Positions 1 through 8,979 of a stretch of DNA of 64,000 nt are shown in pieces (the first letter of the stretch is position 1; every line of letters begins with the position of its first letter). The notes under the pieces are model-generated. The model had not been told where the DNA came from. It did not search any database and saw nothing but the letters and a program-made list of their open reading frames with translations. A program made the position numbers and the translations under genes. This DNA is from Nitrospirota bacterium. Its GTDB lineage: Bacteria > Nitrospirota > UBA9217. The stretch lies in the NCBI GenBank assembly GCA_029858565.1, contig JAOUEV010000004.1, positions 1-64,000 on the forward strand, in the 5' to 3' direction.

Positions 1-1
1 C

Positions 2-2425
2 GTGGGCGGCACCTGGAAGGACCTGACGGACAACGTGAACATGCTGGCGGGCAACCTGACGAACCAGGTGCGGAACATCGCCGACGTGACCACGGCGGTG
101 GCGAACGGCGACCTGTCGCGGAAGATCAGCGTCGAGGCGAAAGGCGAGATCCTGCAGCTCAAGGACACGATCAACAAGATGGTGGACCAGCTCAGCACCT
201 TCGCGGCCGAGGTGACGCGGGTGGCGCGGGAAGTGGGCTCGGAAGGCAAGCTCGGGGGCCAGGCGGCGGTCCCCGGCGTGGCGGGCACCTGGAAGGACCT
301 GACGGAGAACGTGAACATGCTGGCGGGCAATCTGACGAGCCAGGTGAGGAATATCGCCGTGGTGACCACGGCGGTGGCGAACGGGGACCTGTCGCAGAAG
401 ATCACGGTGGAGGCGAAGGGCGAGATCCTGCAGCTCAAGGACACGATCAACAAGATGGTGGACCAGCTCAGCACGTTCGCGGCCGAGGTGACGCGGGTGG
501 CGCGGGAAGTGGGAACCGAGGGCAAGCTCGGGGGCCAGGCCGAGGTGAAGGGCGTGGCGGGCACCTGGAAGGACCTGACGGACAACGTGAACATGCTGGC
601 GGGCAACCTGACGAGCCAGGTGCGGAACATCGCCGTGGTGACCACGGCGGTGGCGAACGGCGACCTGTCGCAGAAGATCACAGTGGAGGCGAAGGGCGAG
701 ATCCTGCAGCTCAAGGACACGATCAACAAGATGGTGGACCAGCTCAGCACCTTCGCGGCCGAGGTGACGCGCGTGGCGCGGGAAGTGGGCGCCGAGGGCA
801 AGCTCGGGGGCCAGGCCGAGGTGAAGGGCGTCGGCGGCACCTGGAAGGACCTGACGGAGAACGTGAACATGCTGGCGGGCAATCTGACGAGCCAGGTCAG
901 GAACATCGCCAAGGTGACCACGGCGGTGGCGAACGGGGACCTGTCGCAGAAGATCACGGTGGAGGCGAAAGGCGAGATCCTGCAGCTCAAGGACACGATC
1001 AACAAGATGGTGGACCAGCTCAGCACCTTCGCGGCCGAGGTGACGCGGGTGGCGCGGGAAGTGGGAACCGAGGGCAAGCTCGGGGGCCAGGCGGCGGTCC
1101 CCGGCGTGGCGGGCACCTGGAAGGACCTGACGGACAACGTCAACGCCATGGCCGCGAGCCTTACGTCGCAGGTGCGGGACATCGCGCGGGTGGCGACGGC
1201 GATCGCGAAGGGAGACCTGAAGCAGAAGTCCGTCGTCGAAGCGAAGGGCGAGATCCTGGAGCTGAAAGACACCATCAACGGCATGGTCGACAACCTCAGC
1301 ACCATCATCGGGAACATCAACAGCATCATGGCCATGGTCAGCGAGGGAACGCTCGTCCAGATGATCGAGGTCGAGGCGCAGGGAGAATTCGCGTCCATGA
1401 TCGAGGGCATCAACGGGACGATCAACAGCCTGCGGGGGATCGTCCGGGAGCTGACGGAGGCGGGCATCAACATCGGCTCGGTTTCCCAGAACCTCCTGAG
1501 CGCGGGCCAGGAGATGAACTCCATGGTCACGCAGCTGTCCGGTTCCGTGGAGCAGATCGCCGACGGCGCCAAGGCGCAGGCCCAGCAGATATCCGAAGCG
1601 ACGCGGGAGAGCGAAGGGGTCGGGACCACGGCCTCCAGCACCCTGAACCAGGCCGAAGGCATGAACAAGACCGCGGAAGTGGCGATGAAAGCGGCCGGGG
1701 AGGGCAGCAAGGCGATGGAGGAAACCATCAAGACCACCGACCTCATGCTGGAAGGGTCGAAGGAGTCGGTGTCGAGCATCGAATCGCTCAGCAAGAGCAG
1801 CGAACAGATACAGGAGATCGTGGACGTCATCCGCGACATCGCGACCCAGACGAACATTCTGGCGATCAACGCGGCCATCGAGGCCGTGCGCGCAGGGAAA
1901 CAGGGGAAAGGGTTCGCCGTGGTGGCGGAAGAGGTCAAGACCCTTTCGGCGGACAGCAAGGTCCAGGCCAAGAAGATTTCCACGCTGGTCCAGTCGGTGA
2001 TGAAGGAGACCAAGGACACCGTCTCCACCATCAAGACCATGGCGGAGAACGTGAGCATGGGGAAGAAATCCATCGAGCAGACCTCGAAGGCGTTCACGGA
2101 CATCAACCGGTCCATCGAGACCACGTCGAAGACCGCGCGGGACATTTCCGTGACGGCCGGGGAACAGAAAAAGAGCATCGACGCCATATCCCAGAGCCTG
2201 GACAAGATCAGCGGCATCGCGGCCGACACCTCGACCAGCAGCAACCAGTCCGCGGAGGGGTCGAAGCGCCTGCTCGCGAAGACCCAGGAGCTCACCACCA
2301 CGGCCACGGCGCTGGCATCGATGTCCGAAAAGCTGCAGCAGACGGTTGGCCGGTTCGAGATCGAAAGCGGAGCTGCCGCAAAACGCGCGGCGGGCAGGGC
2401 AAAGCCGAAGCTTGCCGCCGCCTAG
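2..2425 (+). CDS. Methyl-accepting chemotaxis protein with tandem poly-HAMP array (5' end outside window)
   Basis: Four-plus 92-aa repeats ([25 protein letters not shown]...[18 protein letters not shown]) followed by an MCP signalling tip [30 protein letters not shown]; no TM segment in the visible part. Confidence 0.93.
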   Translation: MGGTWKDLTDNVNMLAGNLTNQVRNIADVTTAVANGDLSRKISVEAKGEILQLKDTINKMVDQLSTFAAEVTRVAREVGSEGKLGGQAAVPGVAGTWKDLTENVNMLAGNLTSQVRNIAVVTTAVANGDLSQKITVEAKGEILQLKDTINKMVDQLSTFAAEVTRVAREVGTEGKLGGQAEVKGVAGTWKDLTDNVNMLAGNLTSQVRNIAVVTTAVANGDLSQKITVEAKGEILQLKDTINKMVDQLSTFAAEVTRVAREVGAEGKLGGQAEVKGVGGTWKDLTENVNMLAGNLTSQVRNIAKVTTAVANGDLSQKITVEAKGEILQLKDTINKMVDQLSTFAAEVTRVAREVGTEGKLGGQAAVPGVAGTWKDLTDNVNAMAASLTSQVRDIARVATAIAKGDLKQKSVVEAKGEILELKDTINGMVDNLSTIIGNINSIMAMVSEGTLVQMIEVEAQGEFASMIEGINGTINSLRGIVRELTEAGINIGSVSQNLLSAGQEMNSMVTQLSGSVEQIADGAKAQAQQISEATRESEGVGTTASSTLNQAEGMNKTAEVAMKAAGEGSKAMEETIKTTDLMLEGSKESVSSIESLSKSSEQIQEIVDVIRDIATQTNILAINAAIEAVRAGKQGKGFAVVAEEVKTLSADSKVQAKKISTLVQSVMKETKDTVSTIKTMAENVSMGKKSIEQTSKAFTDINRSIETTSKTARDISVTAGEQKKSIDAISQSLDKISGIAADTSTSSNQSAEGSKRLLAKTQELTTTATALASMSEKLQQTVGRFEIESGAAAKRAAGRAKPKLAAA
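8..1290 (+). repeat. Intragenic near-identical 276-bp tandem repeat encoding the poly-HAMP units
   Basis: GGCACCTGGAAGGACCTGACGGA recurs at 8, 284, 560, 836 and 1112; the last unit diverges. Confidence 0.95.
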
Positions 2426-2467
2426 GACGGGGAGCGGCCGCGCGGACTTCATACCAAGGAGGCGGTT

Positions 2468-3004
2468 ATGTCGACAGAGGGCGCGCAGAACGAGCCCGAA
2501 GAGGAAATCGAACGGGACCAGTACCTCGTCTTCAAGATCAAGAGCCAGGAGTACGGCCTGAAGGCCATGCTGATCCAGGAAATATCCGCCATGTTCGACA
2601 TCAAGGAAGTGCCGAATGCGCCGGCGTACATCGACGGCATCATGAACCTTCGGGGCCGGCTGGTGTCGATCATCAACTTCCGCAAGAAATTCGGGTTCGA
2701 GGCGAAGGAGCATGACGAGGAAACGCGCATCGTCTACGTGGAGCACGAAGGTTTTCCCATCGGGATCATCGTGGACAGCGTGGAAGAGGTGATACGGATC
2801 ACCGACGACAAGATGCAGAAGCTCCCCGAAACGGCGATCACCACGATGTCCGAAAAGTACATCGAAGGCGTGGGCATGCTGGACGAACGGCTGATCATCG
2901 TGCTGGACGCGAAGAAAGTGCTGGACAAGGCGGACGTGGCCGGCATCGGCGCGGCGGACATGCAGGGCGCCGGGCAGCCGGCGGGCGAACAGGCCGCGGC
3001 CTGA
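2468..3004 (+). CDS. cheW: Chemotaxis coupling protein CheW
   Basis: VPNAPAYIDGIMNLRGRLVSII and GIIVDSVEEV motifs; AGGAGG RBS. Confidence 0.95.
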   Translation: MSTEGAQNEPEEEIERDQYLVFKIKSQEYGLKAMLIQEISAMFDIKEVPNAPAYIDGIMNLRGRLVSIINFRKKFGFEAKEHDEETRIVYVEHEGFPIGIIVDSVEEVIRITDDKMQKLPETAITTMSEKYIEGVGMLDERLIIVLDAKKVLDKADVAGIGAADMQGAGQPAGEQAAA

Positions 3005-3033
3005 GACGGACAAACGGCAAGGAGGAGGGACAG

Positions 3034-3405
3034 ATGGCGCGAGTAATGGTCGTTGACGACGCCGCATTCATGCGCGGTTCCCTGAAATTCATCATCGAAA
3101 CCGCGGGACATCAGGTTGTGGCGGAGGTGGACAAGGGCGAGGACGCGCTGCGGCTGCTGAAGCAGCACCGGCCCGACATCGTGACGATGGACATCCTGAT
3201 GAAGGGACAGGACGGCCTGGCCACCCTGCGGCAGATCCGGGAAGTCGACCCGAACGCGAAGGTGATCATGATAACCGCCATGGGACAGGACACCAAGCAG
3301 GAGGAGGCCCGGAAACTCGGCGCAGCGGGGTACATACGGAAACCGTTCAAACAGACCGAGATCGTGAGCGAGATCGAGCGGGTGCTGGGGCTCACGGCGG
3401 CGTGA
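3034..3405 (+). CDS. cheY: Single-domain response regulator CheY
   Basis: VVDDAAFMR, VTMDILM, ITAMG, IRKPF; between cheW and cheB. Confidence 0.92.
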   Translation: MARVMVVDDAAFMRGSLKFIIETAGHQVVAEVDKGEDALRLLKQHRPDIVTMDILMKGQDGLATLRQIREVDPNAKVIMITAMGQDTKQEEARKLGAAGYIRKPFKQTEIVSEIERVLGLTAA

Positions 3406-4433
3406 TCAAAGTCCTCGTTGTGGACGATTCCAGCTTCATGCGGAAGTCCCTTGCCCATATCCTGGAAACGGACCCGTCGATAACGGTCGTGGACACGGCG
3501 GACAACGGCGAAGAGGCGGTCATCAAGGCCGAAAGGCTCCGTCCGGACGTCGTGCTGCTCGACCTGTCCATGCCGGTCATGGACGGCCTTGCGGCCCTGG
3601 CGCAGATCATGGCCAGCCGGCCGACGCCGGTCCTGGTCCTGAGCGGCCTTGCGAAAAAAGACGCCACGGTCGCGTTCCGGGCGCTGGAGCACGGCGCAGT
3701 GGACTACATTGCCAAACCTTCGGGCGTGATCTCCTACGACATCGAACGGCTCAGGTCCGAGATCATCCTCAAGGTCAGGAACGCGGCCGCGGCCGACGTG
3801 GGCAAGCTGCTGCGATGGATGCCGGCCCTCCTCCCCGCGCCCGCCCGGACGGCGCGGGACGGCGGCGGGAGCATTGTCGTTCTGGGCGCGTCGACCGGAG
3901 GGGTGAATGCGCTCCCCCTCGTGCTGTCCGGCCTGCCGCGGGACATGAAGAGCGCGCTGCTCGTCGTGCAGCACATGAGCCTGGAATTCATTCCGCACCT
4001 GGCGGAGCGGCTGAAGCGGGCATGCGCGCTGCCGGTGGCGATCGCCCGGAAGGACGCCGTCGTCGTGCCGGGGCAGGTGCTGGTAGCGCCCGGCGGCTGC
4101 CACACCGTCATTGCCAGGCATGAAGGAACGGTGAAAATACGCTTCACCCGGAAGAACGCTGCGTCTCACCTGTCTCCGTCCGTGGACCTGGCCATGGAGT
4201 CCGCGGCGGCCGTCTATGGGGAAAGGACCGTGGGCGTGCTGCTGACGGGCATGGGCGCGGACGGGGCTCGGGGCATGTGCGCCGTGAAGGACGCGGGCGG
4301 CGCGACGATCGCGCAGGACGAATCGAGTTGCGTCGTGTTCGGAATGCCGAAGGCGGCGATCGAAGCGGGGTGCGTCGACCAGGTCCTGCCGCTGCCGAAG
4401 ATCGCCGATGCTATCCTGTCGAAAGCTTCATAA
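3402..4433 (+). CDS. cheB: Chemotaxis methylesterase CheB (REC + esterase)
   Basis: N-terminal receiver; catalytic motifs GASTGG, VQHM, LTGMGADG, VFGMP. Confidence 0.96.
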   Translation: MIKVLVVDDSSFMRKSLAHILETDPSITVVDTADNGEEAVIKAERLRPDVVLLDLSMPVMDGLAALAQIMASRPTPVLVLSGLAKKDATVAFRALEHGAVDYIAKPSGVISYDIERLRSEIILKVRNAAAADVGKLLRWMPALLPAPARTARDGGGSIVVLGASTGGVNALPLVLSGLPRDMKSALLVVQHMSLEFIPHLAERLKRACALPVAIARKDAVVVPGQVLVAPGGCHTVIARHEGTVKIRFTRKNAASHLSPSVDLAMESAAAVYGERTVGVLLTGMGADGARGMCAVKDAGGATIAQDESSCVVFGMPKAAIEAGCVDQVLPLPKIADAILSKAS

Positions 4434-4450
4434 AGCGAGGAGGCGTACGA

Positions 4451-4819
4451 ATGGCGAAAGTGCTGGTTGTGGATTCCTCTCCCTTTATGCGAGGGACCCT
4501 GAAATTCATGCTTGAGAGCGGTGGCCACGACGTGGTCGCGAACACGGACAACGCGAAGGAAGCCCTGGACTTCTACAGCAGATACCGGCCGGAGATCGTG
4601 ACCATCGACATCTCGGAAGATGAAGGGCTCGGGCTGGTGCGCGCTCTTTCCGGCCTTAATCCCTCGTTGAAGATCGTGACGGTCTGCGGCGAGGGCAATG
4701 AGGACAAGCGGGAAGAGGCGAGGAAATCAGGCGTTTTCGGCCACATCATGAAACCCTATAAGAACGACGAGATCCAGTCGGAGATCAGCAGGGTGATCAA
4801 GGCCGCGAAAAAGCCGTAA
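4451..4819 (+). CDS. Second, partly degenerate CheY-like receiver
   Basis: GAGGAGG RBS before ATG 4451; paralogous to 3034-3405 (FMRG.LKF..E..GH.VVA) but DS replaces DD and the Thr position is altered. Confidence 0.85.
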   Translation: MAKVLVVDSSPFMRGTLKFMLESGGHDVVANTDNAKEALDFYSRYRPEIVTIDISEDEGLGLVRALSGLNPSLKIVTVCGEGNEDKREEARKSGVFGHIMKPYKNDEIQSEISRVIKAAKKP

Positions 4820-4835
4820 CGCAAGGGGGCGCGCG

Positions 4836-5744
4836 ATGAAATGGTTCCTGAATATATCGACAAGAAACAAACTGTTCGCGGGATTTACGCTGATGATCGC
4901 TTTCATAATGATCATCATGGCGGTGGCATATAAGGCCTTCACGGTCATCCACGAGACCCAGGAGGTCATGATCAATCTGGAGTTCCCCGTGACCCTCCAG
5001 CTGGCGAAGCTCAGAAGTATGCTGAACCGGGAGCGCGAATTCATGTCGAGGATGGTCCTGTCGGGGAAAGACGCCGACCGCAAGCAATGGCATGACGACA
5101 TCAAGCAGGCCGGCCGGGAGTACGACGAAGGCATGCAGAGCCTGCTGAAGCTCGTCCGGGACAACGCGCTGTACGCGCCCCTTGCTAAGGACCTGGTCGG
5201 CCGGACCGGCGAGTACCGCAACCTGTGGGACGAGCAGATCGTACCGGACCTGCTGCGGGGAAAAACGCGCGACGCCCACGCGGCGTTCCTGGGGCGGCAC
5301 CTCGAACTGTACGATCAGCTCCGCGAGGTGTTCGTGAAGTTCAGCGGCGTTTCTGAGATGCGGGACCGGGAGCTCAGAAACGAGTCGGAGAAGATCATGA
5401 CGAACACGCTCCGCCTGTTCCTGGTTATCGGCGTTGTCGCTCTTCTTGCCGGGCTCGCGCTGGCGATCTTCATCACCGGCGTCATCGGTACGCCGCTGCG
5501 GCAGGCGTCCTCGATAGCGGAAAAGATCGCCTACGGCGACCTGACCGTGCCCATTCCTCCGGCGGACCGGAAGGACGAGATCGGGTCCCTGTTCTTTGCG
5601 CTGGGCATGATGATCGAAAGCCTGCGCGTGGTGACGCGGGAGATCAAGTCCTCGGTCGAGGTCATCGGCGCGGAGGCCGGTCCCGAGGACTTGCAGGCGC
5701 TGGCGGCAAAACTGAAGAAGCTCGTGTCGCAGTACAAAGTGTGA
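4836..5744 (+). CDS. Chemoreceptor-like membrane protein (TM, four-helix sensor, TM, HAMP) lacking the signalling hairpin
   Basis: MKWFLNISTRNKL-TM start typical of 4HB MCPs, second TM, HAMP GDLT...DEIG, ending in MCP-type tail LQALAAKLKKLVSQYKV. Confidence 0.8.
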   Translation: MKWFLNISTRNKLFAGFTLMIAFIMIIMAVAYKAFTVIHETQEVMINLEFPVTLQLAKLRSMLNREREFMSRMVLSGKDADRKQWHDDIKQAGREYDEGMQSLLKLVRDNALYAPLAKDLVGRTGEYRNLWDEQIVPDLLRGKTRDAHAAFLGRHLELYDQLREVFVKFSGVSEMRDRELRNESEKIMTNTLRLFLVIGVVALLAGLALAIFITGVIGTPLRQASSIAEKIAYGDLTVPIPPADRKDEIGSLFFALGMMIESLRVVTREIKSSVEVIGAEAGPEDLQALAAKLKKLVSQYKV

Positions 5745-5779
5745 AGAAAACGGCGCGGCGCAAGGCGGACGGGAGGGCT

Positions 5780-7456
5780 ATGTCCGAAGAAGAGAAGAAA
5801 GAACGCTTCGACGGCGGCGACAGCATGGACTTCTCGGTATTTCTGGGCGATTTTCTGCGGGACGCCCAGGAGGGGTTCCAGGAGGCCGGCACGGCGCTGC
5901 TGGCCCTGGAGAAGGACCACGGACGGAGGGAGGCGCTGGACGATGTCTTCCGGGTCGTGCATACCATCAAGAGCTCTTCCACGATGCTCGAGTTCGCTGA
6001 CATCGCCGGGTTTGCGCATACCCTGGAAGACCTGCTCGGACGCATGCGCGACAAGACGGCGCCGGTCGACCGGACGGCCATCGATATTCTTTTCGACGCC
6101 ATCGGCCTCCTGGAAGCGCTGGTGGTCGCGCGGGCGGAGAAGCGAGCAGAGCCCGCCGAAAGCGTCTTGCAGAAGGTCCGGGAACTGAAGGACCGGATTC
6201 TCGCGCGGGATACGGGAACAGTGCCCCAGGACCGGCCCCTCGGTCCGGAGAAGCCCGCGGCGGCAGCGCCGCAGATCGAAGCGATCCGTTCCGTGCGGGT
6301 GCGGGTGGACGTGCTCGATTCGCTCTTCAACCTCGTGGGAGAGCTTATCATAATCAAGAACCGCATCGACAATCTCGTCGCGGACGTGCCGGGCAAGGAA
6401 CTGAAGGCGGCCTTGTCCGCCATGGACCACATGATCGCCACCCTGCAGGACGACGTGTCCGCGGCGCGGATGGTGCCGGTCGACGAAATCGTCCAGAAGT
6501 TCCCCCGGATGATGCGCACCCTGGCGCGGGAGCGGGGCAAGGAGGTCGACTTCGTCATCGAAGGCCGGGAGATAGAACTGGACAAGTCGATCCTCGACGC
6601 CCTGGGCGAGCCGCTGCTCCATCTGCTCAGAAACGCCGTGGACCACGGCGTGGATCCGCCGGAGGAACGGCGGAAGCTGGGCAAGCCGGGAACGGCGGCC
6701 GTCACGCTGTCGGTGATGCGGACGGAAAACAACATCCTGGTAAGCGTGGAGGACGACGGCGCGGGCATCGATATTTCACGGATGCGGGAACTTGCCGCGG
6801 CCCGGGGCTACGTGAAGCCGGCGGAAGCGGAGCGCATGCAGGAGCGGGACGTGCTGAACCTGCTGTTCCAGCCCGGAGTGAGCAGCACGGAGCAGGTGAC
6901 CAGTCTCTCGGGACGGGGCGTGGGCCTCGACGTGGTGAAGACGTCGGTCCGGAAGATGGGAGGGACCGTAGACATCGCGACCCGGAAAGGAGCGGGCAGC
7001 CGCTTCACCCTGACCCTGCCCCTGACCACGTCGATCATTCAGACCCTGCTGGTCGGCGTGGGCGCCCATACCTTCGCGATCCCCTCGGACATGGTGCTGG
7101 AATCGCTCGAAATCAAGCCGGAGGACGTGAAGGACGTCGGCGCGCGGCAGGCGCTGGTCCTGCGCAGGGAGGCGATTCCCTTCGTGCGGCTGCACGAGGC
7201 GCTGAACATTCCCGCGGAAGAGGGCAGGCGCGACGCTTTCGCGGTCATCATCAAACAGCGCGACTCCTTCGTGGCCGTGGGGGTGGACGCGGTGCAGAAC
7301 CACGCGGAGAACATCATCAAGCCCTTCGACCCCGTTGCGCGGCAGTTCAAGGGCTTTTCAGGCGGCATTATCATGGGAGACGGAAGCGTGGCGCTTTTGC
7401 TGGACATGCCCACGCTGCTGGGGTTCGATACCCTGCGGGAGGAAACGCTGACATGA
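5780..7456 (+). CDS. cheA: Chemotaxis histidine kinase CheA (no obvious P2 domain)
   Basis: Hpt FRVVHTIKSSS, dimerisation SVRV..LD.L.NLVGEL, HLLRNAVDHG, SGRGVGLDVV, C-terminal CheW-like domain; RBS before ATG 5780. Confidence 0.96.
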   Translation: MSEEEKKERFDGGDSMDFSVFLGDFLRDAQEGFQEAGTALLALEKDHGRREALDDVFRVVHTIKSSSTMLEFADIAGFAHTLEDLLGRMRDKTAPVDRTAIDILFDAIGLLEALVVARAEKRAEPAESVLQKVRELKDRILARDTGTVPQDRPLGPEKPAAAAPQIEAIRSVRVRVDVLDSLFNLVGELIIIKNRIDNLVADVPGKELKAALSAMDHMIATLQDDVSAARMVPVDEIVQKFPRMMRTLARERGKEVDFVIEGREIELDKSILDALGEPLLHLLRNAVDHGVDPPEERRKLGKPGTAAVTLSVMRTENNILVSVEDDGAGIDISRMRELAAARGYVKPAEAERMQERDVLNLLFQPGVSSTEQVTSLSGRGVGLDVVKTSVRKMGGTVDIATRKGAGSRFTLTLPLTTSIIQTLLVGVGAHTFAIPSDMVLESLEIKPEDVKDVGARQALVLRREAIPFVRLHEALNIPAEEGRRDAFAVIIKQRDSFVAVGVDAVQNHAENIIKPFDPVARQFKGFSGGIIMGDGSVALLLDMPTLLGFDTLREETLT

Positions 7457-8085
7457 ACGGACCAACGTTGTATTCGGAAGAGCAGCTCGATTACCTTAAG
7501 GAAGTGATGAACATCGGCGCGGGGAACGCATCCACGGCCCTTTCGCAGCTGATGGGCCGCGATGTCGTCATAGAGATGCCGAGGATCCTGGAGGTGAGCA
7601 TCGCGGAAGCGCATAGCCTCTTCGGGGGCGCGGAGGAGCCCGTGGTCTGCGCGGGCATGGACCTGGTGGGAGATGTGGCCGGAACGTTGTTCTTTCTCGC
7701 GCAGGACGAAGAAAAGAACAAGATCGAGGCGTACGTCGGCAAATACTTGAACGGGGCGATGAAAAAGGAAGCCCGGGAATCGGCGTTCGAGGAGGTTGCC
7801 AACATCATCGCCGGCGTGTTCCTGACGGCGGTCCACGATTATACGGGCCTGCACGTCTATCATACGGTGCCGGTCGTGGTGCGCGACGCGGTCGAGGCCC
7901 TGTTCGAAGAGCCGATCAGCACTGTGTTTACAGCCGCTCCCAAGGCGGTCATCGCGGAAATCGAGTTTGTCTCGCTGCCGGACGGGATGCGGGCGCTGCT
8001 CAGCATGATCCCGACCCCGGCCGCGCTGGAGAAGATACTGGGGTCCATGAAGGGCGTGCGGCAGGGATACGGTATGGGGGAATGA
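7453..8085 (+). CDS. cheC: CheC-family phosphatase
   Basis: Two ExxN motifs (LKEVMNIGAGNASTALS; FEEVANIIAG). Confidence 0.9.
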   Translation: MNGPTLYSEEQLDYLKEVMNIGAGNASTALSQLMGRDVVIEMPRILEVSIAEAHSLFGGAEEPVVCAGMDLVGDVAGTLFFLAQDEEKNKIEAYVGKYLNGAMKKEARESAFEEVANIIAGVFLTAVHDYTGLHVYHTVPVVVRDAVEALFEEPISTVFTAAPKAVIAEIEFVSLPDGMRALLSMIPTPAALEKILGSMKGVRQGYGMGE

Positions 8086-8112
8086 TAAAGAGCTCAAAAC
8101 GGCGGAATATTT

Positions 8113-8345
8113 TCCCGCAGGGACGCAGATGCGCAGAGAAAAGCCATGCTTTGGATCTTATATTAAGAATCTCGAAATAGGAACAACATAACAAGCCGTC
8201 ATTCCCGAAGAATTAATCGGGTATCCGGTGAAAACCAGATCCCCGATAGAGCCGCTCGGGGATGACGATTCAGTTGGCGTAAGGATTATTATGAGATTGC
8301 TGATAAGTTCTGAAGGATTTTGACGTTCTCCGCGTGCTCTGCGGC
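8113..8345. repeat. Intergenic inverted-repeat element, family A (CGCAGAG-type arms)
   Basis: CCGCAGGGACGCAGATGCGCAGAGA at ~8114 pairs loosely with TCTCCGCGTGCTCTGCGG at ~8327. Confidence 0.55.
8197..8267. repeat. REP-like palindrome (GTCATTCCCG...CGGGGATGAC type)
   Basis: Outer arms CGTCATTCCCGA / TCGGGGATGACG (11/12), inner arms ATCGGGTATC / GATCCCCGAT (9/10). Confidence 0.7.
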
Positions 8346-8402
8346 ACGCCTGGAGGCGCCTGCTTCTGGCTGTGTTGAGACCGGAGTATCCGGGTTTGGA
8401 TA

Positions 8403-8960
8403 ATGAACGGACGAAACGGCAAGAATGGTGATGGCCCGGTCTTGCGGGTGCATATGGGCGAAGGGGTCGTGGCGCGGGGGCCGCACATCATCCTGTCCCC
8501 GGGCATCGGTTCCTGCGTGGCCCTGGCCCTGTACGATACTGATGAGCGGCTCGGGGGGCTGGCCCATGTCATGCTGCCGGAAACGGCTGTTCTCGCAGGC
8601 CGCGGCGCGAAACGGGGAGATGGGGACGGAGCGGAGCGCCGGCCCCTTATCCTGTCGCCCTTTCAATACGCGGACACGGCGATCATCACCCTGCTGGAAA
8701 TGCTGCGCGCCCTGGGGGCGGCGGAACAACGGCTCATGGCGAAGCTGGCCGGCGGTGCCAGGATGTTTCCCTCCTACAACGGAGGGAGCGTGGGCATGGG
8801 TGAGCAGACCGCAGCGAACGTCAGGTCCCTTCTGGAGAGAAAGGGAATCCGCCTGGCAGGATGGGACCTCGGCGGAACGCACGGCAGGACCGTGGAGTTT
8901 CACCCCGGAACCGGCAGGATGGTCGTCACGGCGCAGGGCAAAGAAGGCCGGGAATTGTAG
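8403..8960 (+). CDS. cheD: Chemoreceptor glutamine deamidase CheD
   Basis: GIGSCVAL, GGLAHVMLP, YADTAI, AKLAGGA, DLGG.HGR motifs. Confidence 0.93.
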   Translation: MNGRNGKNGDGPVLRVHMGEGVVARGPHIILSPGIGSCVALALYDTDERLGGLAHVMLPETAVLAGRGAKRGDGDGAERRPLILSPFQYADTAIITLLEMLRALGAAEQRLMAKLAGGARMFPSYNGGSVGMGEQTAANVRSLLERKGIRLAGWDLGGTHGRTVEFHPGTGRMVVTAQGKEGREL

Positions 8961-8979
8961 GAACAGCGCGGAGCAACGG

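Noticed and set aside
8-1290. Regular repeats as a CRISPR array
   Set aside because: In-frame 276-bp coding repeats without spacers; no cas genes
8425-8979. N-terminal 185 aa of the 488-aa ORF overlapping cheD (possible frameshift fusion)
   Set aside because: Shadow frame of an intact cheD with no protein-like features; an RBS and GTG at 8980 explain the real gene
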